Part shown: positions 37,128 through 47,281 of the stretch, one piece after another
Layout: each line of letters opens with the position of its first letter
Position numbering within the stretch: the stretch's first letter is position 1
From: Terriglobia bacterium
Lineage (GTDB): Bacteria; Acidobacteriota; Terriglobia; 20CM-2-55-15
NCBI GenBank assembly: GCA_965198225.1
Contig: CBDAOY010000007.1
Location: 448,001-512,000 of the forward strand
Length of the DNA: 64,000 bases
Direction of reading: 5' to 3'
Notes under the pieces: generated by a model
The model's database searches: none
Told to the model about the DNA's origin: nothing
The model's input: the letters and a program-made list of their open reading frames with translations, nothing else
Program-made: the position numbers and the translations under genes

Positions 37128-38474
37128 GTGGATTCTCTCAAAGACACCAAGACCAGGGCCATACTGCCGCTCGTCGCGATCATCGGTCGGCCGAACGTCG
37201 GAAAGTCGACCGTGTTCAACCGTCTTGTCGGCCGGCGGCGTTCGATCGTCACCGACGAACCCGGTGTTACGCGGGATCGGATATACGGGTCGCTGGACTG
37301 GAACGGCGTCCGGTTCGAGATCGTGGATACGGGTGGCATCGTTCCCGGCGAAGAGTCCGAGATTCCGCAGAAGATCTTCGAGCAGGCACAGGTTGCGATC
37401 GAGGCGGCCTCGCTGGTTCTCCTCATCGTCGACGGCCGCGTGGGCCGCACGGTAGCCGACGACGAACTGGCCTCATATCTGCGCCGCCTGGACCAGCCTG
37501 TATTTCTACTGGTCAACAAGATCGACTCCCGGAAAAACGAAGCCGATGTGGCGGAATTCGCGCAGCTGGGCTTCGGGCACACTTTCCCGATATCCGCAGA
37601 GCATGGCCGAGGGTTCACCGATTTGCTGGATCGGGTGGCCGCCACGCTGCCGGAGTCGGTCGAAACGGAGCCCGGCAACGAGATCCGCGTCGCAATCATA
37701 GGCCGTCCGAATGCAGGCAAGTCCACGCTGTTGAACTTGCTGGTCGGCGAAGAGCGCTCCATGGTCTCGCCCGTCGCAGGGACGACCCGAGACGCCGTCG
37801 ACAGCCTCGTCGAACATGACGGGGTCCGGTTCCAGTTCATCGACACAGCGGGCATCCGTCGCAAGGGGAAGACGGATCAGAAGGCCGAGAAGCTCAGCGT
37901 GATCATGGCGCGAAAGCACCTGGAGCAGAGCGACGTGGCCATCCTTCTCGTCGATGGCTTCGAATCGATCGCCGCGATCGATGCGACCATCGGAGGCTAC
38001 GCTCACGAGGCTGGGCGGTCGGTGATCATTGTCGTCAACAAGTGGGACCTGGTCCAGAAGAGCCCGTCGATCACCGCGGAATTCGAAAAGAGGATCCGAG
38101 AGAAGCTGAAGTTTCTCGACTACGCGCCGATCACGTTCATCTCGGCGAAGACCGGACAGCGCGTCCAGAAACTCTACGGGATGATCGAGGAAGCAAACCA
38201 GAGTCGCCGCCGGCGCGTCGGGACCGGCGAGCTGAATCAGTTTCTGAAAGAAGTGAGCCTGGCGCGCGGCGGGCTCCCCTCCGACGTGAAGGTGCGTTAC
38301 ATGGCGCAGGTGCGGGTCGCTCCGCCCACTTTCGTCGTGTTCGCAAACACGAAGCGCAAACTGCACTTCTCGTTCGAACGATTTCTCATAAACCGCATCC
38401 GCGATAGATTCTCATTCGAAGGGACGCCGATTATAATCAAGCAACGCATGCGGAAGGCGAAAGCGGGTAAATGA
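37128..38474 (+). CDS. der: Ribosome biogenesis GTPase Der (EngA)
   Basis: Two G domains: [16 protein letters not shown] and [16 protein letters not shown]. Confidence 0.97.
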   Translation: MDSLKDTKTRAILPLVAIIGRPNVGKSTVFNRLVGRRRSIVTDEPGVTRDRIYGSLDWNGVRFEIVDTGGIVPGEESEIPQKIFEQAQVAIEAASLVLLIVDGRVGRTVADDELASYLRRLDQPVFLLVNKIDSRKNEADVAEFAQLGFGHTFPISAEHGRGFTDLLDRVAATLPESVETEPGNEIRVAIIGRPNAGKSTLLNLLVGEERSMVSPVAGTTRDAVDSLVEHDGVRFQFIDTAGIRRKGKTDQKAEKLSVIMARKHLEQSDVAILLVDGFESIAAIDATIGGYAHEAGRSVIIVVNKWDLVQKSPSITAEFEKRIREKLKFLDYAPITFISAKTGQRVQKLYGMIEEANQSRRRRVGTGELNQFLKEVSLARGGLPSDVKVRYMAQVRVAPPTFVVFANTKRKLHFSFERFLINRIRDRFSFEGTPIIIKQRMRKAKAGK

Positions 38475-38481
38475 TCTACTC

Positions 38482-38820
38482 ATGAAGGCCGAGATTCCCG
38501 ACAAGCTGTACTTCAAGATCGGAGAAGTCGCCGACCTCCTCGGGGTCGAAGCCTATGTTCTCCGGTTCTGGGAGTCGGAGTTCCCGACACTGGCCCCCAG
38601 GAAGACTCCCACCGGACATCGAACGTACCGCCGGAAAGATGTCGAGACCCTGATCCGGATCAAGGAACTCCTTTACGAGAAGGGCTACACGATTGCCGGC
38701 GCGCGGAAACAACTGCGACGGGGTGCGAAGCCAACCGAAACCGACGACGGTGAAGATGCGCTGCGCAAGGTGCGTGATGGTCTCGAGGACATCTTGACTT
38801 TGCTCGACGGCAAAACCTAA
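38482..38820 (+). CDS. MerR family HTH regulator
   Basis: [34 protein letters not shown]; usual position upstream of tRNA-Pro. Confidence 0.92.
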   Translation: MKAEIPDKLYFKIGEVADLLGVEAYVLRFWESEFPTLAPRKTPTGHRTYRRKDVETLIRIKELLYEKGYTIAGARKQLRRGAKPTETDDGEDALRKVRDGLEDILTLLDGKT

Positions 38821-38834
38821 GGTAGAAAGTTCCG

Positions 38835-38908
38835 CGGGACGTGGCGCAGCTTGGTAGCGCGCACGCTTGGGGTGCGTGAGGTCGCCGGTTCAAATCCGGC
38901 CGTCCCGA
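38835..38908 (+). tRNA. tRNA-Pro (GGG); CCA not encoded
   Basis: Acceptor CGGGACG/CGTCCCG, anticodon arm CACGC-TTGGGGT-GCGTG, GGTTCAAATCC T-loop. Confidence 0.95.
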
Positions 38909-38914
38909 CTCCTT

Positions 38915-39697
38915 TTGGACATTCGAATCCTCATCACGAACGACGACGGGATCAGTTCGCCCGCCCTTGAGGAACTGGAGCGTGCCCTTCGGCATCACGG
39001 CCGTTTGACCATCGTCGCCCCGGACCGTGAGATGAGTGCGCAGAGCCATGCGATTACCCTCAACCGCCCGCTCCGCTACCACAAGCTCGGGGCAAACCGC
39101 TTTTCGGTCGACGGCACTCCAGCCGACTGCGTGATCCTTGCCTCGTTGAGGATCCTGAAAGAGCGACCCCATCTCCTGGTGTCGGGAATCAACCGGGGAA
39201 AGAATGTCGGTGATGGCATTCTGTATTCCGGGACACTTGCCGCGGCCTTCGAAGGGGCGCTACAGGGAATTCCGAGCATCGCCGTCTCGGTCGAGACTGG
39301 AGAAGGGATGGAGTTTGCGACCGCCGCCGATTTCACCGCCGTGCTGGCGCACAAGGTGCTCGAAGAGGGTCTCCCTCCCGGGGTGGTGCTGAACGTGAAT
39401 TTCCCCGCCGAATGGAACGGCCGTGTTCTGATGACCCGGCAAGGGCAGAAGGCCGGAAAGACTGTTCTGGTCGAAAACCTGGACCCCCGGGGAGAGCAGT
39501 ATTTCTGGCTCCATGAGGAACTGCACGAACACTTCGACATCCCCGCCGAAGAGCTCCCAGCTGACAACGAGGCCTTGATGGACGGCTACGCATCGGTCAC
39601 GCCCCTCGAACTGGACCGCACGGCCTTCCGCTACTTCAAGCCGCTCTCCACTTGGACCGACATCTTCGACACGGAAGAATCCAGGAAGGACCGGTAA
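38915..39697 (+). CDS. surE: 5'/3'-nucleotidase SurE
   Basis: ILITNDDG, VAPDRE.SAQSH, GTPADCV, SGINRG.N, YSGT; probable TTG start at 38915. Confidence 0.95.
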   Translation: MDIRILITNDDGISSPALEELERALRHHGRLTIVAPDREMSAQSHAITLNRPLRYHKLGANRFSVDGTPADCVILASLRILKERPHLLVSGINRGKNVGDGILYSGTLAAAFEGALQGIPSIAVSVETGEGMEFATAADFTAVLAHKVLEEGLPPGVVLNVNFPAEWNGRVLMTRQGQKAGKTVLVENLDPRGEQYFWLHEELHEHFDIPAEELPADNEALMDGYASVTPLELDRTAFRYFKPLSTWTDIFDTEESRKDR

Positions 39698-39699
39698 TG

Positions 39700-39769
39700 G
39701 TGTAGGTGCGGTCTATGACCGCACACTCTTCGAACCGCAACACCGTGCGCTCATAGAGCGCACCTACAC
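39700..39769. repeat. REPIN-like doublet
   Basis: Same arms as the other copies; its spacer resembles the reverse complement of the array spacers. Confidence 0.85.
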
Positions 39770-39811
39770 CCGATCATTATGTTTCGCTTGTGACCACCTG
39801 ATTCTTGCCCT

Positions 39812-40207
39812 TCATTCCACCGCCGTCGCCTCGATCTCGATCATCAACTCCGGAAACGCCAGCCGCGTTACCCCGAGCAACGTGCTTGCCGGCCGGCAGC
39901 CCGCGGCACCCAGCCTCTCGCCCGCCACCCCAGCGTTCTCGATGAACTTGTCGACGTCCGTGGTGTAGTAGTTCAAACGGATGACGTTCGCCAGACCGAT
40001 GCCGGCTCCCTCGAGGACCGTTTCGAGGTTGTCGAACGCCGCATTCAATTGCGCGGCCATGTCGCCTGGATGTATCGAATTTCCGTCGGCGTCGTTCGAC
40101 GTCTGACCGGCCACAAACACAGTGCGTTTCGCATCCCGTATGTCGTTCGCCTGTACAAAACCGTACTGATCCTGCCACTTCCAGGGATTGATGATTGTCC
40201 GTTCCAC
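39812..40207 (-). CDS. RidA/YjgF/Rid family protein
   Basis: AGGAGG RBS; VFVAGQ, PASTLLGV.RLAFPELMIEIEATA. Confidence 0.9.
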   Translation of the reverse strand: MERTIINPWKWQDQYGFVQANDIRDAKRTVFVAGQTSNDADGNSIHPGDMAAQLNAAFDNLETVLEGAGIGLANVIRLNYYTTDVDKFIENAGVAGERLGAAGCRPASTLLGVTRLAFPELMIEIEATAVE

Positions 40208-40329
40208 CCTATCCTCCTTGTGTTGGTCAGCGCTGAGCGTGGCAGTCTATCTCCTTTTGAGGCTGAAAGTGTAGCCGGTGGCGCCGGGCGAGGGACAAGG
40301 GCGTATGCTAAACTAGAGCGGTTTGACGT

Positions 40330-40403
40330 CGGGACGTGGCTCAGCCTGGTAGAGCACCTGGTTCGGGACCAGGGGGTCGCCAGTTCAAATCTGGCCGTCC
40401 CGA
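40330..40403 (+). tRNA. tRNA-Pro (CGG); CCA not encoded
   Basis: Acceptor CGGGACG/CGTCCCG, anticodon arm CCTGG-TTCGGGA-CCAGG, GTTCAAATC T-loop. Confidence 0.95.
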
Positions 40404-40422
40404 CTTTTAAAATCAATGAGAT

Positions 40423-40451
40423 GAGCCGCCTTTATCGGCGGCTTTTTCTTT
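40423..40451 (+). terminator. Rho-independent terminator; insertion target of the group IIC intron
   Basis: GAGCCGCC-TTTATC-GGCGGCTT followed by a T-tract, then GTGCG. Confidence 0.85.
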
Positions 40452-40452
40452 G

Positions 40453-42381
40453 GTGCGCCAGGCATGGCGCGCAGCGCCATGAATTGGCGCTGGATAACCG
40501 GGGAGCGAAAGCGAACCGGGAAGTGACTAGGAGGTGAGAGTCCTCTGGGGGCCTTGATGACAGGAACCCTTAGCCGATGTGGCAACTGCGTCCGAGCAAT
40601 CGGGGGTGGGAAGGAAGCCATAGGCAAAACTCTGGCCCGAGGCACACGAACCGCATAAGAGGCAGGCGTCAGGTGGGCGAAGAGGCCAACAGATCGGAAG
40701 CCCAATGTCATCCGGACCGGGCGTTTGTAGATGCGGCGGGTAGATGGAGTGAAAGTCACGTGCCTTACCCTGGGAGATCCGTTGTCTTGCTGGGAACAGC
40801 TAGAGTCGTCGAGAGGCGGCGCGATGGGGCGGCGGAAGTCAGCCACGGTCATAGTAGCCCGGCGGAGCCGGGGTGAAGGACCACACATGGAGAAGAGACC
40901 GACACGGAGCGTTCGATGCGAAACGGAGACGCAGACAAGAGGGCTGAGAAGCCGGAACCGAACCGGAAGGATAGCGGCGGAACCGTGACAGATACGGATG
41001 AGGGGCGTCAAACTCGCACGGCACGTCACGAGCAAGTCGGGATCGAGGAGGGAATGCTACTGGAGAAGGTGCTGGAACGGGAAAACGTTCTGGCCGCATA
41101 CCGACGCGTCAAGGCCAATAGCGGGGCGGCGGGAATCGACGGGATGACCGTTGAGGACCTGATGCCGCACTGTCAGATGCACTGGACGCGAGTCCGTCAA
41201 GAACTGCTCGACGAGACGTACCGCCCCCAACCGGTGAGGAAAGTCGATATTCTGAAACCGGACGGAGGGATACGGACGCTGGGCATTCCGACCGTGATGG
41301 ACCGGATGATTCAACAGGCTCTGCTTCAGGTTCTCCAACCCCTATGGGATCGGACGTTCTCGGAAGATAGCTACGGCTACCGACCGGGACGAAGCGCCCA
41401 AAAGGCGGTGGTGCGTGCCCGGGAACACATTCGAGCCGGACATCGCTGGGTGGTGGACCTGGACATCGAGAAGTTCTTTGATCGCGTCAACCATGACGTG
41501 CTGATGGCACGCGTGGCGCGACGAATCAAAGACAAACGGGTGCTTCGATTGATTCGGCGCTATCTACAGGCCGGACTGATGGAGGGCGGGCTGGTGTCGC
41601 CCCGGGCAGAAGGGACGCCGCAAGGCGGCGGCCCCCTCTCGCCTCTGCTGTCGAACCTGTTGCTGGATGAACTGGATCGGGAGTTGGGGAAACGTGGGCA
41701 CCGCTTCGTTCGTTATGCCGACGATGTGAATGTGTACATTCGCTCCGAGGCAGCGGGTCAGCGGGTCATGGCATCGCTGGAATGTTTTCTGGACAGGAGA
41801 CTCCGGCTGAAGGTGAACCGGGCCAAAAGCGCCGTGGCGCGGCCGTGGAAGCGAAAGTTCCTCGGGTACAGTTTCACGGCGCATCGCGAGGCCAAACTGA
41901 AGGTTTCGGATTCGTCGTTAAAACGACTGAAAATGAGACTTCGGGAGATCACGCGAGCCGGGCGAGGCCGAAGCCTCGCTCGCACGATCGGAACACTCAT
42001 TCCCATCATTCGGGGTTGGGTGGCTTACTATCGCTTGGCGGAGGTTCGAGGCAGCTTCGAGCGACTGGATCAGTGGTTGCGCCGCCGGCTGCGGTCGATC
42101 TTGTGGCAGCAGTGGAAGCGGAACCGAACACGATTCCGGGAACTCACTCGACGCGGTATTGCGACCGCTCGGGCTCGGACCTCGGTTTCCAACGGGCGCG
42201 GGCCTTGGTGGAATGCGGGCGCCAGCCATATGAATCAGGCTGTCCCCGCCTCTGCCTTCCGTCGCCTGGGTTTGCAATCCTTCTCCGAGGTGCATTCCCG
42301 ACTTCAATCTTTATGAACCGCCGTATACGGAACCGTACGTACGGTGGTGTGGGAGGCGGGCGTTAAGCCCGCCTACCCGAT
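40453..42381 (+). mobile_element. Group IIC intron
   Basis: 5' GTGCGCCAGGCATGGCGC right after a terminator; domain V GAACCGCCGTATACGGAACCGTACGTACGGTGGT; domain VI ending CCTACCCGAT. Confidence 0.93.
40916..42316 (+). CDS. ltrA: Group II intron reverse transcriptase/maturase without endonuclease domain; alternative start ATG 41054 with GAGGAGG RBS
   Basis: GAAGIDG, RTLGIPTVMDR.IQQA, SYGYRPGRS, DIEKFFD, TPQGGGPLSPLLSN, RYADD, FLGY, X domain RGWVAYY. Confidence 0.93.
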   Translation: MRNGDADKRAEKPEPNRKDSGGTVTDTDEGRQTRTARHEQVGIEEGMLLEKVLERENVLAAYRRVKANSGAAGIDGMTVEDLMPHCQMHWTRVRQELLDETYRPQPVRKVDILKPDGGIRTLGIPTVMDRMIQQALLQVLQPLWDRTFSEDSYGYRPGRSAQKAVVRAREHIRAGHRWVVDLDIEKFFDRVNHDVLMARVARRIKDKRVLRLIRRYLQAGLMEGGLVSPRAEGTPQGGGPLSPLLSNLLLDELDRELGKRGHRFVRYADDVNVYIRSEAAGQRVMASLECFLDRRLRLKVNRAKSAVARPWKRKFLGYSFTAHREAKLKVSDSSLKRLKMRLREITRAGRGRSLARTIGTLIPIIRGWVAYYRLAEVRGSFERLDQWLRRRLRSILWQQWKRNRTRFRELTRRGIATARARTSVSNGRGPWWNAGASHMNQAVPASAFRRLGLQSFSEVHSRLQSL

Positions 42382-43743
42382 CTAGTCTGGCCGGGGTAAC
42401 GCTAGGGGTAACAATCCGTGGTTGGTAGGACGCGCCCTGTGGCACGCGAGCTACCCTCAAAAGGTGTGTAAATAGCATAGGCGGTGATTATCCTTCCGGG
42501 TGAAATAAAAACCCGGGCGGAAGAGCCCGAAAGGAAGGAGTCACACCGCCATGAGCAAGAAGAACATTGATCGAAGTGTGGAGTCAAGAGTCTGCTTTGA
42601 ACAGCTGGAAGAGTGGGTGCGAGAGCAGATCCAGTTTTACGTACAGGAACTGTTGGAGGATGAAGTGACACAGCTGCTGGGACGAAGAAAGAATGAGCGT
42701 CGCCGAGAAGTGGACGCGCCCGGTGGCTATCGCAACGGCTACGGTAAGGAGCGGCGACTGACGCTGAGTTGCGGAACGATCAAGCTGCGGCGTCCCCGAG
42801 TGCGGGATCTGGAAGAGCGTTTTGAGAGCCGGGTCTTGCCGCTGTTTGCCAAGCGGACGCAAGAGGTACGAGACTTGATTCCAGAACTCTATTTGCATGG
42901 TCTGGCCGAGGGGGATTTCGATCTGGCCTTAAGAGGGCTTTTAGGGGAAGAAGCGCCGCTGTCCCCCAGCACCGTAGCCCGGTTGAAGGAGAAGTGGCAG
43001 GGAGAAATGGAGGCCTGGCAAAGCCGTCGGCTGGACGATCTGGAAGTGGTGTATCTGTGGGCAGACGGTGTGTACATCAAAGCAGGGCTGGAGAAGGAAA
43101 AGGCCGTGATCCTGGTAGTGATCGCCGCTTTAAGTGATGGCACTAAAGTGGTGGTGTCGGTCAGTAGTGGTTATCGAGAATCGACCCAGAGCTGGTCCGA
43201 AGTGCTGAGGGATCTCAAAGAGCGGGGGATGAACCCACCGAGACTGGTGATGGCTGACGGGCATCTGGGGATCTGGGGAGCGTTGCGCAACGTTTTCCCA
43301 GAAGCCGACGAGCAGAGATGCTGGAATCATCGCATCGTCAACTTGCTGGCTAAGATCCCCAAGGGTCGGCACAAAGCGGCGTTGTTGATGTTGCGGCAGA
43401 TCCCTTATGCAGAAACACGGCAGGAAGCCGAGCAAGTCAAAGGACGATTCCAACATTGGTGTGGCAAGAGAGGACTGGAGGCTGCGGCTGATCTGATCGA
43501 CCAGGACTGGGATCGGATGGTGACGTTTTACAACTATCCCAAACAGCAGTGGCAACATCTGCGGACTACCAATCCAGTGGAGTCTCCCTTCTCTGCTCTG
43601 CGACTGCGAACCGATGCCTCTCGAAGGTTCAAGAAAGTGGCCAACGCACGGGCTGTCATCTGGACCTCAGTGGTCACTTCAAAACCGGCCAACGATGGTC
43701 ACTTCAAAACCGGCCAACGGGGATGGCCCGGGACGGTGTTGTT

Positions 43744-44499
43744 CTACCTCTTTGGGACTGGACTCGGCAAGCCCGTTTTAGTCCTCCAACTCCGAGGGCC
43801 GCATTTGAGGATGTGGCCGTGATGGAGCAGCCGGTCCAGCATGGCTGTGACGGCGGCGCTATCACCCAGTAGTTTTCCCCAGTCTTGGACGGGTCGATTC
43901 GATGTCAGTAACGTACTGGTCCGTTCATAGCGTCGCATCACGATCTCGAGGAGTTCCTCTGCTGCAGTGGGAGGAAGCTTCCGCATCCCCAGATCGTCGA
44001 TGATCAGCAGCGGGACCGTCGCCAAAGCTTCCATGCACTCCTTTCGGGTACCGTCAATGGTGGCTTCGGCGATGTCGTCGAGAAGCGCATGAGTTTCACG
44101 GTAGACGACCCGATAGCCCTGCTCAATGGCAGCCAAGCCGATGGCCTGAGCCAGATGACTCTTGCCGGTGCCAGGAGGACCGAGAAACAAGGCATCGTCG
44201 TGCCTGGAGATGAAGGCGCCCGTCGCCAGGTCGAAGACCAGACTACGATTCATCTTCTTGTTGAAAGTAAAGTCGAAGGAGTCGAGCGTCTTCTGGGGAT
44301 CGCGGAACCGGGCCTGTTTCCGACGCCGTTCCAACAACCGGATGCTGCGACGGTCCAGTTCATCCGAGACCAGACGAGAGACCAAGTCGATCGGCGCCAT
44401 GGCTTCGGTCTGGGCCTGGTGGAGGCGTGTTTCCAACACCTCGGCAATGCCGCCGAGCCGGAGTTGTCGGAGAGCCCGCTGGAGTTCGATCAGATTCAT
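43744..44499 (-). CDS. istB: IS21 helper AAA+ ATPase
   Basis: GPPGTGKSH, LLIIDDLG, LTSN, AMLDRLLHH. Confidence 0.95.
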   Translation of the reverse strand: MNLIELQRALRQLRLGGIAEVLETRLHQAQTEAMAPIDLVSRLVSDELDRRSIRLLERRRKQARFRDPQKTLDSFDFTFNKKMNRSLVFDLATGAFISRHDDALFLGPPGTGKSHLAQAIGLAAIEQGYRVVYRETHALLDDIAEATIDGTRKECMEALATVPLLIIDDLGMRKLPPTAAEELLEIVMRRYERTSTLLTSNRPVQDWGKLLGDSAAVTAMLDRLLHHGHILKCGPRSWRTKTGLPSPVPKR

Positions 44500-46136
44500 G
44501 AGTGTTCCTGCTCCTGGATTTTGAGGTTGATGAGATCGCGATACTGAGTCAGTTCGCGAATGAGAGGATCGACCTGACGCAGGGCGAGTGGAGGTCGCCG
44601 CTCCAGATAGCGGCGGACGAAACGATACTCGTAGACGTGGAGTTCCAGTGCCGCAGCCGAAGCATCCTCCACGGCGGAGACACCGTACTTCTTGGCCAGG
44701 GAGAGCACACCCAGGATGCGGCGGACCGCAGCTTCCCCTTGTCGGCGGTGAATGGCGTCACAGAGTGTGCCGATGTGGGTGCCAGCGCGGCGGGCTCGGG
44801 CCAGCAGTTGCACCGTCGTTAACGGGGTTTTCTTCGGGTTGTCTTCAGCACGGACACGGTATCCACCCCGCTTCTGGCGGACATGCTCGCGGAGGAGTGG
44901 ATAGGTGTTTGGGTCCAGGATCCGGACGTGAAGCGTGTCCCACTGGACCTTGACACCCCGTCCGATCCAGCCCGGCGGTACACTGTAATAGGCGGCTTCG
45001 ACTTCGACGCAACCGTCGAGATGGACGACACGTTCACCGAATTGGTAATAGCGAAACGGTTCGATCGGCAGCGGCTTAAGAGATGGTTTCTCTTCGGCGA
45101 ACATGGCCGCCACCTGCCGCTTGGTCGTGCCGTGGATGCGGGTGTCGGCCCATCGGACTTCCCAGCGATCCAGATACCCCTGGGCCTGGTCGAGGCTCTC
45201 GAAGCGCTGTCCCTTCAATGGGGTCTTCTGGGCGTGCCCGACACCGGATTCGACTTTGCCTTTGCGGTCTGGATCGCGCACCCGGCATGGCATGGCCACC
45301 ACGCCGTAATGGGTCAGGACATCTCGAAACAACGGATTCAGGGTGGGGTCGTAATGGTCCGGGACGATCACGCCTTCGCGCAGGTTATCCAGCACGATGA
45401 GGCGGGGAGTGCCGCCGAGTCGGCGGAACGCGGTCTCGTGCAACTGGGCCCAGATGCGGGAACTGGACTTGAACGTCAGCAGCCGGACCGATTTGCGGCT
45501 GTAGCCCAACGTCATCACGAACAGCCGCGTCCGTCGGTACTTGCCCGTCTTCGGATCCCGGACCATCGGTCCGGTCCCGTAGTCGACCTGCGCTTCCTCT
45601 CCAGCTCCGGTCTGGATGATTCCGACCGCTTCCGGGGATCGCACTCCCCGGAGTTTGCGAACGAAACGCTTGACCGATTCGTAGCTGCCGACAAAACCGT
45701 GATCCGTGACCAGGTCCTGCCAGATCGCCATCGCGTTGCGGCCACGCTCCAGCGCCTGTTGGATGGTCTCCCGGTACGGCTCGCAGGAACTGCCCGACGG
45801 TGGGCTTGGAGGGGGAGCCGACGACTCTGCCGAGACCGGATTCTCGGCCTCCGGGTCGGTGGTCACTTCGTTGGCCGGTTTTGAAGTATCGGAACCGCCA
45901 AACCCCTCAACGACACCATTTACGCCGTCCGGGTCGGTGGTCACCTCGTTGGCCGGTTTTGCCGGTCGCCGGCCCCAACTCCCGGGCGGCCGAATGGGGA
46001 TTCCGGCCGCTCTCAGATACGCACTGGCCGTCTCACGACGCACGCCGGTGGTCTGTTCGATCCGACGCAGCGGCCATCCAAGCCGCCCCAATGCAACAAC
46101 TTGCTCTCTCTTTTCTGTGCTCAAGACATTGCTCAT
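44496..46136 (-). CDS. istA: IS21 transposase
   Basis: GEEAQVDY, LGYSR, VLDN, KGKVESGV, RIHGTT; 4-bp overlap with istB. Confidence 0.95.
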   Translation of the reverse strand: MSNVLSTEKREQVVALGRLGWPLRRIEQTTGVRRETASAYLRAAGIPIRPPGSWGRRPAKPANEVTTDPDGVNGVVEGFGGSDTSKPANEVTTDPEAENPVSAESSAPPPSPPSGSSCEPYRETIQQALERGRNAMAIWQDLVTDHGFVGSYESVKRFVRKLRGVRSPEAVGIIQTGAGEEAQVDYGTGPMVRDPKTGKYRRTRLFVMTLGYSRKSVRLLTFKSSSRIWAQLHETAFRRLGGTPRLIVLDNLREGVIVPDHYDPTLNPLFRDVLTHYGVVAMPCRVRDPDRKGKVESGVGHAQKTPLKGQRFESLDQAQGYLDRWEVRWADTRIHGTTKRQVAAMFAEEKPSLKPLPIEPFRYYQFGERVVHLDGCVEVEAAYYSVPPGWIGRGVKVQWDTLHVRILDPNTYPLLREHVRQKRGGYRVRAEDNPKKTPLTTVQLLARARRAGTHIGTLCDAIHRRQGEAAVRRILGVLSLAKKYGVSAVEDASAAALELHVYEYRFVRRYLERRPPLALRQVDPLIRELTQYRDLINLKIQEQEHS

Positions 46137-46466
46137 GCCGACGGAGCCTGTTTCGGCTTCCCGTCGGTGTCAATGTCCCGGGCTTATCTATGTTCGTTGG
46201 CCGGTTTTCAGGTGACCACCATTGGCCGGTTTTGGGTGACCGCCGAGGATCTGGAAGATGCTGCTGGTCGCTGAGAAAAGATTTCGCCGTTTGAAGGCTC
46301 CGCACTTGATGAAGGATGTCTACCAAGGCGCCCAATATGTCAATGGAGTTCCAGTCAACCAAGTCACCGAGGAGAAAGCCGCCTGATGTCTATTTACACA
46401 CTTATTGACGGAACCTCTGGCACGCCATGGCACCTGTCTACAAAGCAGTCTTCTTGAACACGGCCG

Positions 46467-47261
46467 GGCATTGTCAACTTGAGCCTATGACTGCCAAACT
46501 GGCCCTATGACATCGACCCAATCCCTCTATTACCGGTACCGTTATCCACGCGAAATCATCAGTCATGCCGTCTGGCTATATCACAGATTCGGTATCAGCT
46601 TCCGAGACGTGGAAGATCTGCTCGCCGAACGGGGAGTCGTCGTGTCCTACGAGACAATCCGTCGGTGGTGTGCGAAGTTCGGTCTCGAATATGTCAGGCG
46701 TCTCAAACGACAACAGGGTCGACTCGGAGATACATGGTTTCTGGACGAAGTCTTCGCGACGATCAACGGCGAACGGCAATATCTTTGGCGTGCGGTTGAT
46801 CAAGACGGTGATGTGATCGACATCCTCGTCCAGTCCCGGCGTAACCGTCGCGCGGCGGAGCGCTTCTTTCTCAAGCTCTTGAAGGGTCAGGCGAGGGTTC
46901 CGTTTCGCTTGGTCACCGACAAGTTGAAGAGTTACGGCGCGGCGCTCCGCACGATCATGCCCTCGGTAAATCATGACACCGAACGATACGCGAACAATCG
47001 AGCGGAAGTCTCACACCAACCGACCCGACAACGGGAGCGGCAAATGAGGAAGTTCAAGTCGCCACGACAAGCTCAACTCTTTCTTTTCGTGCATGGCATA
47101 GTTCTGAATCTTTTCCGACTGTCCAGGCACAGACTGAAGGCGGTTCATCACCGTATGCTGCGAGCGCGTTCATTTGCGACTTGGGAAGCGGTTACCGTGG
47201 GTTGATCGACCCGCGCCGATCCGCCACACGTTCGACCTTCGGACGCCAAGTTGACAGAACG
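46467..47261 (+). mobile_element. IS6 family element
   Basis: Ends GGCATTGTCAACTT / AAGTTGACAGAACG; no target duplication seen. Confidence 0.85.
46507..47205 (+). CDS. IS6 family transposase
   Basis: AVWLYHRF..SFRDVEDLLAERG..SYETIRRW, WFLDE, YLWRAVD, VTDK, NNRAEVSH. Confidence 0.95.
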   Translation: MTSTQSLYYRYRYPREIISHAVWLYHRFGISFRDVEDLLAERGVVVSYETIRRWCAKFGLEYVRRLKRQQGRLGDTWFLDEVFATINGERQYLWRAVDQDGDVIDILVQSRRNRRAAERFFLKLLKGQARVPFRLVTDKLKSYGAALRTIMPSVNHDTERYANNRAEVSHQPTRQRERQMRKFKSPRQAQLFLFVHGIVLNLFRLSRHRLKAVHHRMLRARSFATWEAVTVG

Positions 47262-47281
47262 GCTACGACGGCCTAGAGTTT

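Larger units (their letters stand above)
43665..46248 (-). mobile_element. IS21 family element (istA-istB)
   Basis: Ends CCTCAGTGGTCAC / GTGACCGCCGAGG, each with tandem GGTCAC..AAAACCGGCCAA repeats; 7-bp target duplication ATCTGGA at 43658-43664 and 46249-46255. Confidence 0.93.
42551..46386 (+). pseudogene. IS256 transposase split at codon ...VIW|KMLL...; 3' part at 46249-46386
   Basis: YRNGY, PRVR, YLWADG, MADG, QRCWNH, RTTNPVES; the frame continues after the inner IS as KMLLVAEKRFRRL...EKAA*. Confidence 0.9.
42448..46417 (+). mobile_element. IS256 family element interrupted by an IS21-type element
   Basis: Imperfect 28-bp inverted repeats (GAGCTACCCTCAAAAGGTGTGTAAATAG / CTATTTACACACTTATTGACGGAACCTC); 8-bp target duplication TGGCACGC at 42440-42447 and 46418-46425. 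Confidence 0.93.

Noticed and set aside
38890-38908. Similarity between the two tRNA 3' ends as attL/attR
   Set aside because: Both are complete tRNA-Pro isoacceptors and flank only surE and a Rid gene.
40916-42316. RT as retron, DGR or defence RT
   Set aside because: Flanked by clear group II intron 5' end, domain V/VI and a terminator target; it has a maturase X domain.
43665-43822. C-terminus of the 423-aa IS256 ORF
   Set aside because: Read-through into the IS21 end; the real C-terminus is at 46249-46386.
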